Counted from the first letter of the stretch, positions 12,650-27,531 are shown. The stretch is DNA of 64,000 nt from Octopus vulgaris (GCA_951406725.2 OX597838.1:10726001-10790000); one strand, 5' to 3'. Made by a program: numbers and translations. The notes: a model not told the origin generated them from the letters alone.

Positions 12650-14000
12650 ATGTATATATTTACATGTGTGTATTTGTGTCAGTGTTTGCCCCCCCCCCCA
12701 CCATCATCACTTTGACAATCGATGTTGGTGTATTTGCATCCTCGTAACTTAGCTGTTCAGCAGGAGAGACTGATAGAATAAGCACTAGGCTTACAGGGAA
12801 TAAGTTCAGGGTTCGATTTCTTTGACTGAAAGGGTGGTGGTGCTCCAGCATGGCCACAGTCAAATGACTTGAAACAAGTAAAAGAATAAAAGAATATCAC
12901 AAGAACATTCCATACCACTAAACCAAGAAGGTTCTTTGACAAGTATGCTTGTCATGTCCTCATGATGTTTCATCCAAAGCTGTAGAAGACCACCAAGTTG
13001 ACACATGCTCAGTGTAACTGCGAAACAGGGCTACAGAGTTTCCTTGGAGAATCTTATTTGTTTATTGCCCACAAGAGGCTAAACATAGAGGGAACAAACA
13101 AGGACAGACAAATGGATTAAATCAATTACATCGACCCCAGTGCGTAACTGGTACTTAATTTATCGACCCCGAAAGGATGAAAGACAAAGTCGACCCCGGC
13201 GGAATTTGAACTCAGAATGTAACGGCAGACGAAATACGGCTACGCATTTCGCCTGGCGTGCTAACGTTTCTGCCAGCTCGCCATTGGAGAATCTGATATT
13301 AATGCTTCACTCAATGCAAGGTCCCAATGCTCATAATTTTCTGAAAAAAACCTTGCTTCCCTACAAGTTGCACATACATGACCATCTATTCTCCTCGAAT
13401 CTTAGAATAATTTGGGACAACATATTCATGCAAAAGGAGGTGTAAGGAGGTACATGACTAGTACTTAATTTATCGACCCTGAACGGATGAAAGGCAAAGT
13501 CTACCTTGGAGGAAATTTGAACTCAGAACATAAAGATTCTAAGCATTTTGCCCTGCATGCTAAAGATTCTGCCAGCTCCCTGCCTTAATAATAATAACTA
13601 GCTGGACCCGTGAAAACTTGATGGAATGCATAAAAAATATAAGCATATGTAAATTTATGCAAACATAAACAGAATTACTATTTAGCCTCAAAATACATTG
13701 TACATATTCAAAGAACCTTCTTGGTTTAGTGGTATGGAATGTTCTTGTGATATTCTTTTATTCTTTTACTTGTTTCAAGTCATTTGACTGTGGCCATGCT
13801 GGAGCACCACCACCCTTTCAGTCAAAGAAATCGAACCCTGAACTTATTCCCTGTAAGCCTAGTGCTTATTCTATCAGTCTCTTCTGCTGAAGAGCTAAGT
13901 TACGAGGATGCAAACACACCAACATCGAATGTCAAGTGATGATGGTGGTGGTGGGGGGGCAAACACTGACACAAATACACACATGTAAATATATACATAT
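12650..14000. repeat. ~295-bp inverted duplication (12650-12940 vs 13708-14000)
   Basis: arms near-identical, including non-SINE flank CACAAGAACATTCCATACCACTAAACCAAGAAGGTTCTTTGA. Confidence 0.85.
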
Positions 14001-14001
14001 A

Positions 14002-14307
14002 CTAGCAGTATTGCCTGGCGTTGCTCGGGTTTGTAAGGGAAATAACTATATAAGCATTTTTAGAGAGTTACTTCCCTTATATAACCCGAGCAAAAATCAT
14101 TAAGAATGCGGAAAAATGATGGTAAATTTTTTTTAAATCGTAGACTCATCGTAGACATGTGCTAATACCCAGAAGGGCTCGATATGAATGACGACTATAA
14201 GATACCCGCTTTTGGTTAAACTGCACCGCAAAATGTGGGAGTAGTTGGGAATCTAAATCAGAGGAGACAGAGTCTCACACACACAACTTCAATTTTATAT
14301 ATAAAGA
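14002..14307 (-). mobile_element. non-autonomous Helitron
   Basis: on - strand A|TCTTTATATATAAAA 5' end, subterminal hairpin CCCGAGCAACGCCAGG (14014-14029), CTAG|T 3' end, no TSD. Confidence 0.75.
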
Positions 14308-15824
14308 TATATATGATGGGCTCCTCTCAGTTTCCATCTATGAAATCCACTCATGAAGTATTTGGTCATTGTGAAGCTCTAGTAGAAGACACTGTGTTGG
14401 CAACTTTTCTCCCCCCACATTTATGTATAGACACAGAAAAGCATTATCAATAAGCTAACACAGTTCATAACACAATTGTCTATTCCTTTATCATCCTAAT
14501 ATACATACATAATAAAGTAAAAGTAATGTTCCTTCCTGAGTCATATAGACGCATAGGGCTACTTTTTATGGTGTATATATTCCTCACCTGGACAGGATGC
14601 CAGTCTGTTGAGAGATTACTAATTTTCTGGCTGATGGGTGAATTGGAACAATGTGAAATGAAATGTTTTACTCAAGAACACAACACATTGCCCAGTCCAG
14701 GAATTGAAACCACAATCTCATGATCATGAATCCAACATACTAACCCCTAAGCCATGCACCCCCACCATACATACATGCATTGAGAACATTTAAGTAAAAG
14801 CTTTATCGTAAGTTTTCTGGGCCCATTTTTCTGGGCTCTTTTCACAGCTATGCCCCATTTGAAATTTGAATTAGTTTTTGTATGAAAAAAAAAAGAAAAG
14901 GAGTTGGGGTTTGTTAGTAGTGTGTAGAGAAAACATTAAACATGCCTGAAAAAACAAACATGGTCTTCCCCCGACCAACTAAAAGACAAACTATGAAAGG
15001 CGAATAAGTCCTGGGTATGGGGGGGGGGGGAAAGAAGAGAGAAGAAACTGGCCTTACCAGCTCTGGTCAAACCGTCCAGCCCATGCCAGAATGGAAAACA
15101 GACAGTAAATGGTGAGGATAATGATGATATCAACTTCAGTCAGAGGCTGTGGCCATGCTGGGGCACTACTATTTCAGCATACTGAAGGCACATGGCCCAG
15201 TGGTTAGAGCGTCGGGCTCACAACCGTGAGGTAGTGAGTTTGATTCCTGGACTGGGCTGTATGTTGTGGTTCTTGAGCAAGACACTTTATTTCACATTGC
15301 TCCAGTTCACTCAGCTGTAGAAATGAGTTGCGATGTCATTGGTGCCAAGCTGTATCGGCCCCTTTGCCTTTCCCTTGGATAACACCGGTGGTGCGGAGAG
15401 GAGAGGAGGGGTTGGTATGCCTGGGTGACTGCAGGTCTTCCATAAACAACCTTGCCTGGACTTGTGCCTCAGAGGGTAACGTTCTAGGTGCAACCCCATG
15501 GTCATTCACGACCAAAAGGGGGCCTTTACCCTTTACGCTGAGATTATTCCTATTTTGAGAATGTATTAAGATTTCTTCATATGTCTTGGAATATCTGAAG
15601 CTACAAGAAAGCAGAACAGAAAAAAAGGATAAAGGAAAAAAAGACTCCATTTAGGACAGACAAGTTCCAAAATATATTTATTTATAGAAAATTTTCAACA
15701 GAAAATACAACTGTAACCTCAGACATGTCGGTATTTCTAATGTCTTTTTTTTTTTTTTGTTATTTTGTTTTGTTTATTCATTCAGAAAATCCTCAAGGAG
15801 GTTTGGGAAACATGTGTTTGTGTG

Positions 15825-15866
15825 TATATACATACATACATGTATGTATATATATATATGTACATG

Positions 15867-15905
<39 letters not shown>

Positions 15906-16160
15906 GCATGTATATATATATGTACATGTATGTATATATATATATATATGTACATGTATATATATATATATATATGTACATGTATGTATATATATATATA
16001 TATGTACATGTATGTATATATATATATATGTACATGCATGTATATATATATGTACATGCATGTATATATATATATATATGTACATGCATGTATATATATA
16101 TGTACATGTATGTATATATATATATATATGTACATGTATGTATATATATATATGTACATG

Positions 16161-16200
<40 letters not shown>

Positions 16201-16204
16201 TGTA

Positions 16205-16247
<43 letters not shown>

Positions 16248-16297
16248 ATATATGTATATATATATATATATATATAACATGTATGTATATATATATA
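15825..16297. repeat. compound (TA)n / TGTACATG microsatellite
   Basis: alternating purine-pyrimidine tract; similar tracts 19400-19845, 27255-27800, 29440-30780, 52545-52755; source of the YI/YM-rich pseudo-ORFs. Confidence 0.95.
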
Positions 16298-17404
16298 GGT
16301 TTTGTATCTCCCAGGTTTATTTATTGGTATCTCACTTAACAATAAAATTAGGGAATGGTGATGAAGTCTACAGAAATCAATATTAAAAAAATCTTTTTTT
16401 TTTCCGCATATAACAAGAAGTCTACTGAAATACCTGTAAGCTTATTGAGGTGACCCTCATACTCACAAAACATACAGTAGACCCTCTCTCTCTCTCTCTC
16501 TCTCTGTCGTTCTCATTCACACATGTACACACACACATATATATATATATACACACACACATGCATAAAGTAGATTTTTACAAAGGGTACCCAGAACGTA
16601 CAGCTGGTTACCCTCAACACATTCATACACAATTTGACCCACAAGCAAATATAACAAGTTTTCTATATGGTGAAAGATTGTCTTAAATTAAAAACCAGAA
16701 TGGAAGTTTCGTTTCTGTTCAGTCAAAGGAAACATCCCCCCCACTCTCAAATACACACAGCATTGAGAATAAAAAATTTCTGAGAAACTTCTTTTGACAA
16801 CCACTTATTTTTACAATTACATATATTGTGTATATATTTGATATACACACAAATACAGTGTATAATATTCATATTGGTTGAGAATATGCAGATTTTGTAA
16901 CTTTTAGTTTTAACAGACATTTTTCATCAATCTGAGATATGGTTCTTTTTTCTTTTCTTTTGTTTGGCAAATTTGACTATTTGCTTATTTGGAAGAAGAG
17001 TCTGTTAAATGGTAGAAAGCCCTTCCTAGTCCAAACCATTCAACTGAAGGATGACATAAAGGGTTATAAATAACTTAACCTCACAAAGATTGAGCCAAAA
17101 GAAAAAAAGAAGAAAAAAATGGTATGAACTCATTATCAGGAATGTCCTTGTTTTCAGCCCCTTCTTACCAAACTTCTGCCTTTGTCTTGAAAATAAGGAA
17201 GAATTTAGTAAAGAAAGTTTGTCATGATTAAGCTGGCGTTTGAAACAAAAAGGTTTGATGGAAGGTTTTGATCAAAATCTCTTTAAAACAGGAAGTCTGT
17301 ATCATAGAACCAGGAATGGTCTCAAGCAGATTGGTGTCGAAAGGGTCAAACCAGAATAATGGATAGATTTCATACAAACAAGCTTTTGATAATCAGTGTT
17401 AATA

Positions 17405-18010
17405 TCTATTTCTTTATTACCCACAAGGGACTAAACATAGAGGGGGCAAACAAGGACAGACATAGGTATTAAGTCGATTATATCGACCCCAGTGCATAAC
17501 AGGTACTTAATTTATCAACCCCGAAAGGATGAAAGGCAAAGTCGACCACGGCGGAATTTGAACTCACAACGTAACGGCAGCCGAAATACCTATTTCTTTA
17601 CTACCCACAAGGGGCTAAACACAGAGAGGACAAACAAGGACAGACATAGGTATTAAGTCGATTATGTATCGACCCCAGTGCATAACAGGTACTTAATTTA
17701 TCGACCCCGAAAGGATGAAAGGCAAAGTCGACCACGGCGGAATTTGAACTCACAACGTAACGGCAGCCGAAATACCTATTTCTTTACTACCCACAAGGGG
17801 CTAAACACAGAGAGGACAAACAAGGACAGACATAGGTATTAAGTCGATTATGTATCGACCCCAGTGCATAACAGGTACTTAATTTATCGACCCCGTAAGG
17901 ATGAAAGGCAAAGTTGACCGTGGCGGAATTTGAACTCAGAACGTAACGGCAGCCGAAATACCGCTAAGCATTCCGACCGGCATGCTAACGATTCTGCCAG
18001 CTCTCCGCCT
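17405..18010 (-). mobile_element. SINE family A trimer
   Basis: three ~185-bp units with the same junction CGAAATACCTATTTC on +; dimer also at 44215-44630. Confidence 0.85.
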
Positions 18011-20917
18011 TCAGTGTTAATATCAATTGAGATGCTAAATATTGATGTCTTATCTAGACATGAAGGATGTAATTTGTTAAAGCTTGATCAGATTGGCTTG
18101 TAGTTCGTACACTCGGCCCAGCGTATATCAGGAATAACTGACTGGGGTTGATCCACTGATAACTGTTATATTTGTTTGTCCATAAGAAATCAAATGAACA
18201 CTTGTGAAAGAAAGTATAGAATCAACTTCCTCCTCTAATCTCTGCACCAAATTGCATTATATTTAATCCCGTAAATAAAAGCGAATATATACTGATTTCA
18301 AATTTTGGCACAAGGCCAGCAATTTTGGAAGAGGGCATAAGTCAATTACAACAACCCCAAGGTTCAACTGGTACTTGTTTTATCAACCCTGAAAGGTAAA
18401 GTCGACCTTGGTGGAATTTGAACTCAGAACGTACAGACGGATGAAATACTACTAAGCATTTTGCCCAGCGTGCTAATGGTTCTGCCAACTCTCTGCCTTA
18501 AAGCAAATATATATTGAATTCTTATGATCAGGTAGGCACAAAACCCAGCTTTGTAGAAGAGGAAGAGTGTAGCTGATGAAATGAAATCAGTCATAGTACA
18601 TTACAGATACATATATCAGCTTATTGTATAGGAAAAGAAAATCTAATTAAGGCAAGATGTCTATGAAGAGGCATAACACAAATATTGTGAAATATTTTAA
18701 GAGCAGCAGTCTCAGGTTTTACCATATTTCCATCTTTTTACCCATTATATTTAACATTATATTTAACATTTAATGGCGGTGCCCCAGCATGGCCACAGCT
18801 CGTGAGCTGAAACTGGATAAAATATATAAGAATATTACAGATATGACATACATCTCTAAGAAAAAAAAATGGATCAAGCTCTCTTACATGTGTACTAAAA
18901 GTGAATAATAATAATAATAATAATAATGAAAAGCTGGTAGAGATATTTTAAAAATAAGTATTTAATTGTTGTTATGACAAACTGATAAATTTAGATTAGA
19001 TTTCTAATCTTGGTTGCTATAGTTATGTTTTGAACTGTACTCTCTGACCTTTTTCAGTGCCAAATATATTCTGTAAAATTTTCAGAATTTGCAACCAAAG
19101 CCATTATTAAATCCATGGAATATTCTTGTTCTATAGTGTCTGTCACAGACGTTCTCCTTATTAGTTATTTTAATACTTGCGATGTGACTACTAAGTTATA
19201 GTTAAACCAGGGACACCGTAGTATCATGGCCAGCTTTATCTCTGTTGGGGACAGCAGCCAGCTGTAGAAACCATACTAAAGGGGACACTAGTGCAAAATG
19301 CAGTTATCTAAGCTATTCGATCCTGTTAAACCATCCAACCAATGCCAGTATAGGAGATGGACCTTGAAATATTAAAATATGATGCTGATAATAATTATTT
19401 GATATATATATATATCTACTAAATATATATGTATACATACATATATATATACATATAAACATATAAACTGATATTCAAGTTTCTTCTACATACATATATA
19501 CATACATATATACATCTACATAATATATATGCATATATATATATATATATATACACATACATCTACATAAATATGTATACATATATACACATATATGTAT
19601 ATACATACATACATGCATGCATATATATATATATATATATGTGTGTGTATATACATATATACATACATATATATAGATATACATGTACATATATATATAT
19701 ATATATACATACACATATATACACATATATATACATGTACATACATATATAGGATATATATGTACACACACACATATATATATATACATACATATATATA
19801 TATATGCATATATTTATATACATATATATATATATGTATGTATACTTAAATCATCATCATCATCATCATTTAGCGTCCGCTTTCCATGCTAGCATGGGTT
19901 GGACGGTTCAACTGGGGTCTGTGAAGCTGGAAGGCTTCATCAGGCCCAATGGGTAGATGGATAGATAGATGGATAGACAGATTGATAGATAGGTATTGTA
20001 TAGCTTAATTGCCACAAAAACTGAAACCTCATCCAACAGCTGAACATCTACATGTAACATTTATCATTAAACGAATACTTTCATTAACTGACAATCTAAG
20101 GTGCACCATATGTAATAGAATAAGCTAATAAGGAGAATATTATTCTTTGTTATCTAGAATGGCATGAGAACAACTTAACCCCCTTCCATTCAATAAAGTG
20201 TTTGGTAGAAAATTTCAAGAATTTTACTGATTACAACAGACACCCAAAGAAATTTGGAAGTTACAATGATTGAAATATTTGTATCATAAAAAACAAGATG
20301 AGGACAACTCACCTCAGGGATTCTGATAAAATTAAATCAGTAATGTTGGAAGATGAAGAACATGACCTGTAACATCAGAAGAGCTTTTGGTGACTGACTT
20401 TATCTGTGCCAGCAGATCGATATTAACTCTGTTCTTTTCTTTCTAAGAATGAACAATAGCTGTTGTCTTTGGATGAAATTTTGAAGTGTTTGGCTCAATC
20501 TAAGTATTTATTTGATGATACAAAATGATCGTTAAGAGATATATAAATTAATCAAACAAAAAACATGGATATTCTCAACTAAAAATCTCTGAGTACCATG
20601 TCATCAAAATAAGTAAATGTTTAATTGAGAAAGAGAAAGTTTTAATAAGCTGTATCCTGTTTGACATCAAAGCTTCTGAAAATTATTTCAGAAGGGACTT
20701 ATTTGACAGCACTTCAACACTGGTTCAGGCACAAGTATCCTTCATAAATACAAGAGTACAAGGGTAGTATGTTAGGCACAAAATGCTTTACAATTAACAA
20801 ACAAACAAAAAAAAAAAGAGGGGGGGATAGCAAGTATAGTTTCTCACTGTGTGAAAGAAATGTCTATGGCCAAAATATAAAGGGGGGGGGGTGTCATTAT
20901 AAACGAAGCACCTAATT

Positions 20918-21388
20918 CAGTGTTTCTCAACCTTTTTGTCTCATATTTTGCCATTTTGATCCCCCCCCCCAAAAAAAAACTTGTACCATATCACAAATGC
21001 ATAAAATATTTAGAACACACACAGAGTATCATATATATATATATATATATATATAGATGATACCATATATATATATAGACTCACTAATTTTTTGTCCAGT
21101 CCAGGAATCAAAATTACAATCTTACTATCACAAGTCCAACATCCTAACCACTAAGCCACGTGCCTCCACCAGTCCAGGAATTGAAACCACAATCTTATGA
21201 TCATGAATCCAACATACTAACCCCTAAGCCATGCACCCCCACAATGCATACATACATGTATTGAGAACATTTAAGTAAAAGCTTTATCGTAAGTTTTATT
21301 CACATCTTACTTATATCAACCCAAATCTGAATTAACCCCCCCCCCCCCCAATCCAAAATACTGCCATGGTCCATGTTGAGAAACACTG
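20918..21388. mobile_element. hAT/Charlie-type MITE with internal SINE fragments
   Basis: TIRs CAGTGTTTCTCAAC..GTTGAGAAACACTG; related element 53876-54203. Confidence 0.65.
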
Positions 21389-21609
21389 GTCTAAGCGCCA
21401 CGCTAGAATCAGGAGTCTTTCAAGCTTTCTAACTTGTAAGTTTTTGGACATCTATTTATCTAGTGAATGATTTAACTGAGATGGTGTTTGAGATTGATTT
21501 AATTATTATCATGAAAGAATCATGTCATCATCAAACACACAGGCTAAGCTCACTTTTAATATATTTCTTGAGGCATAAAAATTTTGTCACATGACTGGCC
21601 AGGTGGCAT

Positions 21610-21655
<46 letters not shown>

Positions 21656-21900
21656 CACACACACACACACTTGTGCACGCATATATTAATATATATAGAA
21701 GCATACGTGCACATTTATATATATATATATATAAAATTAGAGATAAAACCACTATTAGGCAAATCAAACAGTGAAAAATATAAACCAAAACATAGAAATA
21801 AAATTAATTTTATCTCTAATTTAATATATATATTTATACTGTAAAATTAGATTTAATCCTAAATCTAATTTTACCCTGTAAGTTTGGATTAACTCCCTAA

Positions 21901-21942
<42 letters not shown>

Positions 21943-22282
21943 TATAAATAAACTTGAAGTCTCTAATTTTATAATAGTTTCACTCTAGTCTTCGTATTGA
22001 ATTCTGACACCAAGGAATGTTCTGTTATTCTTAAATTCCTTCAAAATAATAACCTCAACATTAATGAGTTTGTGTGTGTATGCATATGTGCATGCGCACA
22101 CACACACTCACATGTATATATACATATACACATACATGAAAAAACGTATACTGTACTCCATGCATACAATATTGATGATGATAATATAACTTCCTGTTAA
22201 AAGAACAGAGAATTATTTAAATTGTCCTACAATAGCACCACTCAGCATGTGCAGCAGTTGTTGTTGCAATGTGTGTGTGATT

Positions 22283-22284
<2 letters not shown>

Positions 22285-22329
<45 letters not shown>

Positions 22330-22415
22330 GTAGAGGAAGAGAGAGAGAGAGAGAGAGAGGGAGAGAAAGAGAGAGAAAAAGAGAGAGGAAGAGAGAGAGA
22401 GAGAGAGAGAGAGAG
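22285..22415. repeat. (GATA)n/(GA)n polypurine microsatellite
   Basis: directly visible. Confidence 0.95.
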
Positions 22416-25036
22416 TAAATGGTTTATATTAAACATTAAATGTTCTGCTTAGAAAAACAAAAAAATATTTAAAGTAGAGCAAAGTTAGTTTAGAGAGGGA
22501 ACAATACATAAAAATAATTCTTTCAACAATGGGCACAAGGCCTGAAATTTTGGAGAAATGGGTTAATTGATTACAGTGACCTGAATGGTCAACAGGTACT
22601 TATTTCATTAACTCTGAAAGGACGAAAGCAAATTTGATTTCAGCGAGATTTGAACTCAAAATGTGAAGAGAGATGAAAGGCTGCTAAGTGTTCTGTCTGA
22701 TGCATTAACGATTCTGACAGTTCACTGCCTTAATGTCTAATTTAGGCACAAGGCCAGCAATTTTTAAAAGAACGGTTGTCTGGTCAATTATATTGACCCA
22801 CAAAGGCGGCGAGCTGGTAGAAACGTTAGCACGCTGGGCGAAATTCGTAGCAGTATTTCGTCTGTCATTACGTTCCGAGTTCAAATTCCGCCGAGGTCGA
22901 CTTTGCCTTTCATCCTTTTGGGGTCGATAAATTAAGTACCAGTTACGCACTGGGGTCGATGTAATCGACTTAATCCCTTTGTCTGTCCTTGTTTAACCCC
23001 TCTATGTTTAGCCCGTTGTGGGTAGTAAAGAAATATATATTGACCCACAAAACAAATGGAAAGCAAACTTGACTTCGATGGAATTTGAATTTGAATGTAA
23101 AATATTTGAACAAACACCACAAGGTATTTTGTCCAGGCTCCAGTGATTCTACCAATCCGCCAGTCTTGATTAATAATGATTGTTTCAAATTTGGAACAAG
23201 AGCAACAATTTTGAGAAGAGGGAGTTCCATTGATCACATAGATCCTAAACTTAACTGGCACTTTATTTTAACAACCCCAAAAGGATAAAAGGCAAAAGTT
23301 GGCTTGGTGGGTTTTGAACTCAGAATGTAAAGAACTGAAAGAGATGCTACCATGCAATTTTTCTGATGTGCTAATGATTCTGCCAGCTTGCCACTTTCTC
23401 AATAATAATAATAGTAATAATAATAATGATGATAATAAAAAAATAAATAAATATATGACTGTGACATCTGAGCTCTATGATAGCTGCCAGTAGGTCAGAA
23501 GATGTGGTTCTTTCGAAGAATGGTTGAAATGAGAACTGGCTAACATATGGCAGAATCATTAGAGTATCAGTGAGAATGTCTCCCAGTAGTTGTTCTGACT
23601 CCAAGCAGCCTGAGTTCAAATCCTGCCAAAACCAACTTTATCTTTCATTCTTTTGGGGGTTGATAAAAACATAGACCAATACCATGGTAATGGATTAACA
23701 GAATTGGAAGATGGTCAGGTAACAAACCTTGCGGGTGTTTTCCAGTTCAATGACACTGAGCTGTGTTAGTTCCAAAATTGGGTGGAGAGAAAAGAGGATT
23801 GCATGTATGGACAACTGCTAGACTTCTTTTAAAAAAATTTTGCCTTGTCCTGCATTTACATGAATAAAAAAAAAAAATCAAATTCAGCAAATGGAAGCAC
23901 TCACACACACATTAAATGCATATATATATATGTATATATATATGCGTATATATACTCATTTGTTTTTTACAATCTAAGTTCAAGATCGACTTTGCCTTTC
24001 ATTCTTTCAGAGTTGATAAAATAAATTCTAGTTGAGTACTGATGGGGTGGGGTGGTCGTCAATGTAGTTTGCCCTGTCCCACAAATTTCAGGCCTTATGC
24101 CTATAGTAGAAAGGACATACATATATATATACATACATATATATATAACAAAAAAAAAAATAAAAAAAAATAAAATATATATATATATATATATAAATTT
24201 ATAAGTATAATTTAATAATTTAATAATTTTTAAAAATTAAAAAATTTTAACTTTAAATTTAAATAATTTAAATTTTGAATTTTATATTTTATATATTTTG
24301 TATATTATATTAATTAATTTTATTTCTATGTTTTGGTTTATGTTTTTCATTGTTTGATTTGCCTAATAGTTGTTTTATCTCTAATTTAATATATAAATAT
24401 ATATATTTATACTGTAAAATTGAACTTAATCCTAAATCTAATTTTTCCCTGTAAGTTTGGATTTACTCCCTAATATTATTATTATATATATATATATATA
24501 TATACCCACACACACACACTCACATATATATATATATAAACATGTGCACATGCATATATACATATAAACAATGTAAACATTTTTCAAAGCTTCAGGAAAC
24601 CGGAAATTCAAAGAAGAATCTCTACAAGTTAAAAACAATTGAAGAGCAAATAGTTACTCTACATTTTCTTTTTCTTTCCCAGATTTAAGGTTTTAGAAAA
24701 GAAACTATCATTTGTTAATTCAAAGATAGCACCTACTAACGAACTAGTGACAATGGAATTTCTTTGCTAAAACATTCAATTTGTAAAATATGTGTGTGTG
24801 TATGTGTGTTTTGGGTTATCAGACTAACTAAAAAGTGCTTGGCATTTTTTTCTGACATTTTAATGATTCTGCCAGCAACAGAAATTTAGCAGAGAGGGGG
24901 AACTCAAATAAAATGAAATATAAGTCAGGTTTACTCTTTCCATTCCATCGGATTATCAAAAGGGGTTTGAAAATATTTGGTAAGTTAACTGGAGAGATGA
25001 AAACATGAAATACTGAATAAAGGGTCAGTTTTCTTT

Positions 25037-25067
<31 letters not shown>

Positions 25068-25084
25068 GTGTATATATATATATA

Positions 25085-25345
25085 TAGATTCAAATGAATA
25101 TGGTACTTAATTTAGATGCACCAGAATTTTGTATGGTGTTATCCATAAAAATCCGTGGGGTGATTATAATCAAAATAAGCAACAAGAATGACTCCGGTAA
25201 TTTGGTACGATCGTTTCTTACTACATCATTTTATTAAATGTTGTAAGTATTAAATCTGTTGTAATACTTACAACAATTAATAAAATGATGTAGTACGAAA
25301 CGATCGTACCAAATTACCAGAGTCATTCTTATTGCTTATTTTGAT
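25085..25345. mobile_element. fold-back element, (TA)n-flanked
   Basis: arms 25169-25251 / 25262-25345; motif ATGATGTAGTAC-GAAAC-GATC-GTA; second copy 33361-33523. Confidence 0.65.
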
Positions 25346-26026
25346 ATATATATAAATATATATATATATAATCATGTGATCACACAACCAATCAGGCTAT
25401 CAGATGCTGTTACACATTGCTGGTCACAATGCGCTTTTGCATTGTTTTAGCCTTCAAATGATGTCATGCTGCTGGTTGAATGAGCAAGCCAACATCACCC
25501 CAGATCGAAAGGGGGGGATTGGAGCAATGTGAAATGAAATGCTTTGCCCAAAATCACAATATGTACCTGGTCTAAGAATCGAACTCACAATCTAGTGATT
25601 GCGAGTGCAACAGCCTAATCACTAGGCCATCTGCCTTCACTTTATATACCAAAAAACTATGTTTGTAACAACAAAAGAAGTAGAAATCAATATCATTAGA
25701 GATGGACTAACAAACTTACTAAATGACTCAACTGCTAGTGGAAAACTCTGAGTTCTGAATGTAACTACTCCTTGCAAATGTAATTCAATAAATGCACACA
25801 TATATATATATAAAGAGAAGGGAGGAGAGTGCCCATAACTAATTGAAGGAGTCCCTTAAATTTTGCAGGAGGCCTGCCTCTGCTAAAGGCACCAATGGTC
25901 TTGGTGGTGTTGGTTTTAAAATGGAGCAAGAGATAAATGTATATATATTAATACACATACATATATATATTTATATATGCATACATATATATTTATATAT
26001 GCATACATATTTACATATATATATAT

Positions 26027-26290
26027 ACCAAATAAAAAGAATTTAAATTTTTATTTTAGATACCTACTGATTTATTCCTTGGCAACACGTGTTTCATGAG
26101 GTACATCCTCGGGTTCCTAAACCACTCCGTGTTTCCCTGGAACCCCTCTAAAGATGCCACCCCAATCATCAGGCCCTTGTATTGAACGTTGATAAAGTTA
26201 TAACGGCCTGATGATTGGGGTGGCATCTTTAGAGGGGTTCCAGGGAAACAGGTATTTAAAATAAAAATAAAAATTCTTTTTATTTGGTGA
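26027..26290 (-). mobile_element. fold-back Penelope-like pLTR remnant with hammerhead-like motif
   Basis: inverted arms 26130-26175 / 26205-26250; on - GGC-CTGATGA-long stem II-GAAAC-ACGT-GTT-GCC then AATAAA. Confidence 0.65.
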
Positions 26291-26380
26291 GAAGTAGGGG
26301 TATACTATCTCTAAATTAAAATATATTTCTTCATTGAGAATAATTTGAACCTCTTATGCCGGAATTGTTATTCCCTAAAA

Positions 26381-26419
<39 letters not shown>

Positions 26420-26969
26420 CATATATGTATATACATATACATACAATTATACTTTGGACACTAAAACTCTGCTTCTGAAGACCAGTTGAGGCAAGTGAAA
26501 TCAAAATCAAAATCAAATTCAATGACTGGCGTCCGTGCTACAGGGATGCAAAGAGCATCATACGAGTGTGATCATTGCCAGAGCGGCTATCTGGCCTCCG
26601 TGCTGGTGGCATGTAAAAGACACCATTTGAGCGTGATTGTTACAAGCATCGCCTTACTGGTCGTTGCCAGTACCGCCTGACTGGCCCCGTGCCGGTGGTA
26701 TGTAAAATCACCCACTACACTCCCGGAGTGGCTTGCATTAGGAAGGGCATCCAGCTGTAGAAACTCTGCCAGATCAAGATTGAAACCTGGCACAGCCATC
26801 TGGTTCACCAGCCCTTAGTCAAATCATCCAACCCATGCTAGCATGGAAAGCGGACATTAAATGATGATGATATATATATATATATATATATACATACATA
26901 CATGCATATACTTATATATACATATATATATATATATATACATACATACATACCTACATGCATATACTT

Positions 26970-27003
<34 letters not shown>

Positions 27004-27254
27004 GTGCCTATATATATATGCATATATGGGTGCAGGACGTCAAAAACAGCAAACAACATGAAGGAGTACAAAAACAAGTGAGTTAAAATACTCAAACGGG
27101 AGAAAAAATGGAAATCGGGACAAGTAGCACAAATAGCGACCCGTCATCGGTTGTCGGCTGTCTGTTTTCTCCTCATTTCAAGCATTCAATGTTGTATTTA
27201 ATGCATTTCTTTTTGTACTTCTCCTTGTTTACTGTTGGTGAGATCTTATACCCA

Positions 27255-27286
<32 letters not shown>

Positions 27287-27310
27287 GATACATCTACATA
27301 TATATACAGC

Positions 27311-27343
<33 letters not shown>

Positions 27344-27487
27344 CTATATATATACATATATATATAATCTATATATATTTATATATACATACATCAATGC
27401 ATATGTATATATATACACACATCTATATATATGTTTATATATATATATATATATATATATCCATCAAAATATATATACATACACACA

Positions 27488-27531
<44 letters not shown>

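Noticed and set aside
15725-16386. Long 170-209 aa ORFs on both strands (also 19475-19892, 27235-27800, 29401-30810, 52061-52916)
   Set aside because: Translations of (TA)n/(CA)n microsatellites
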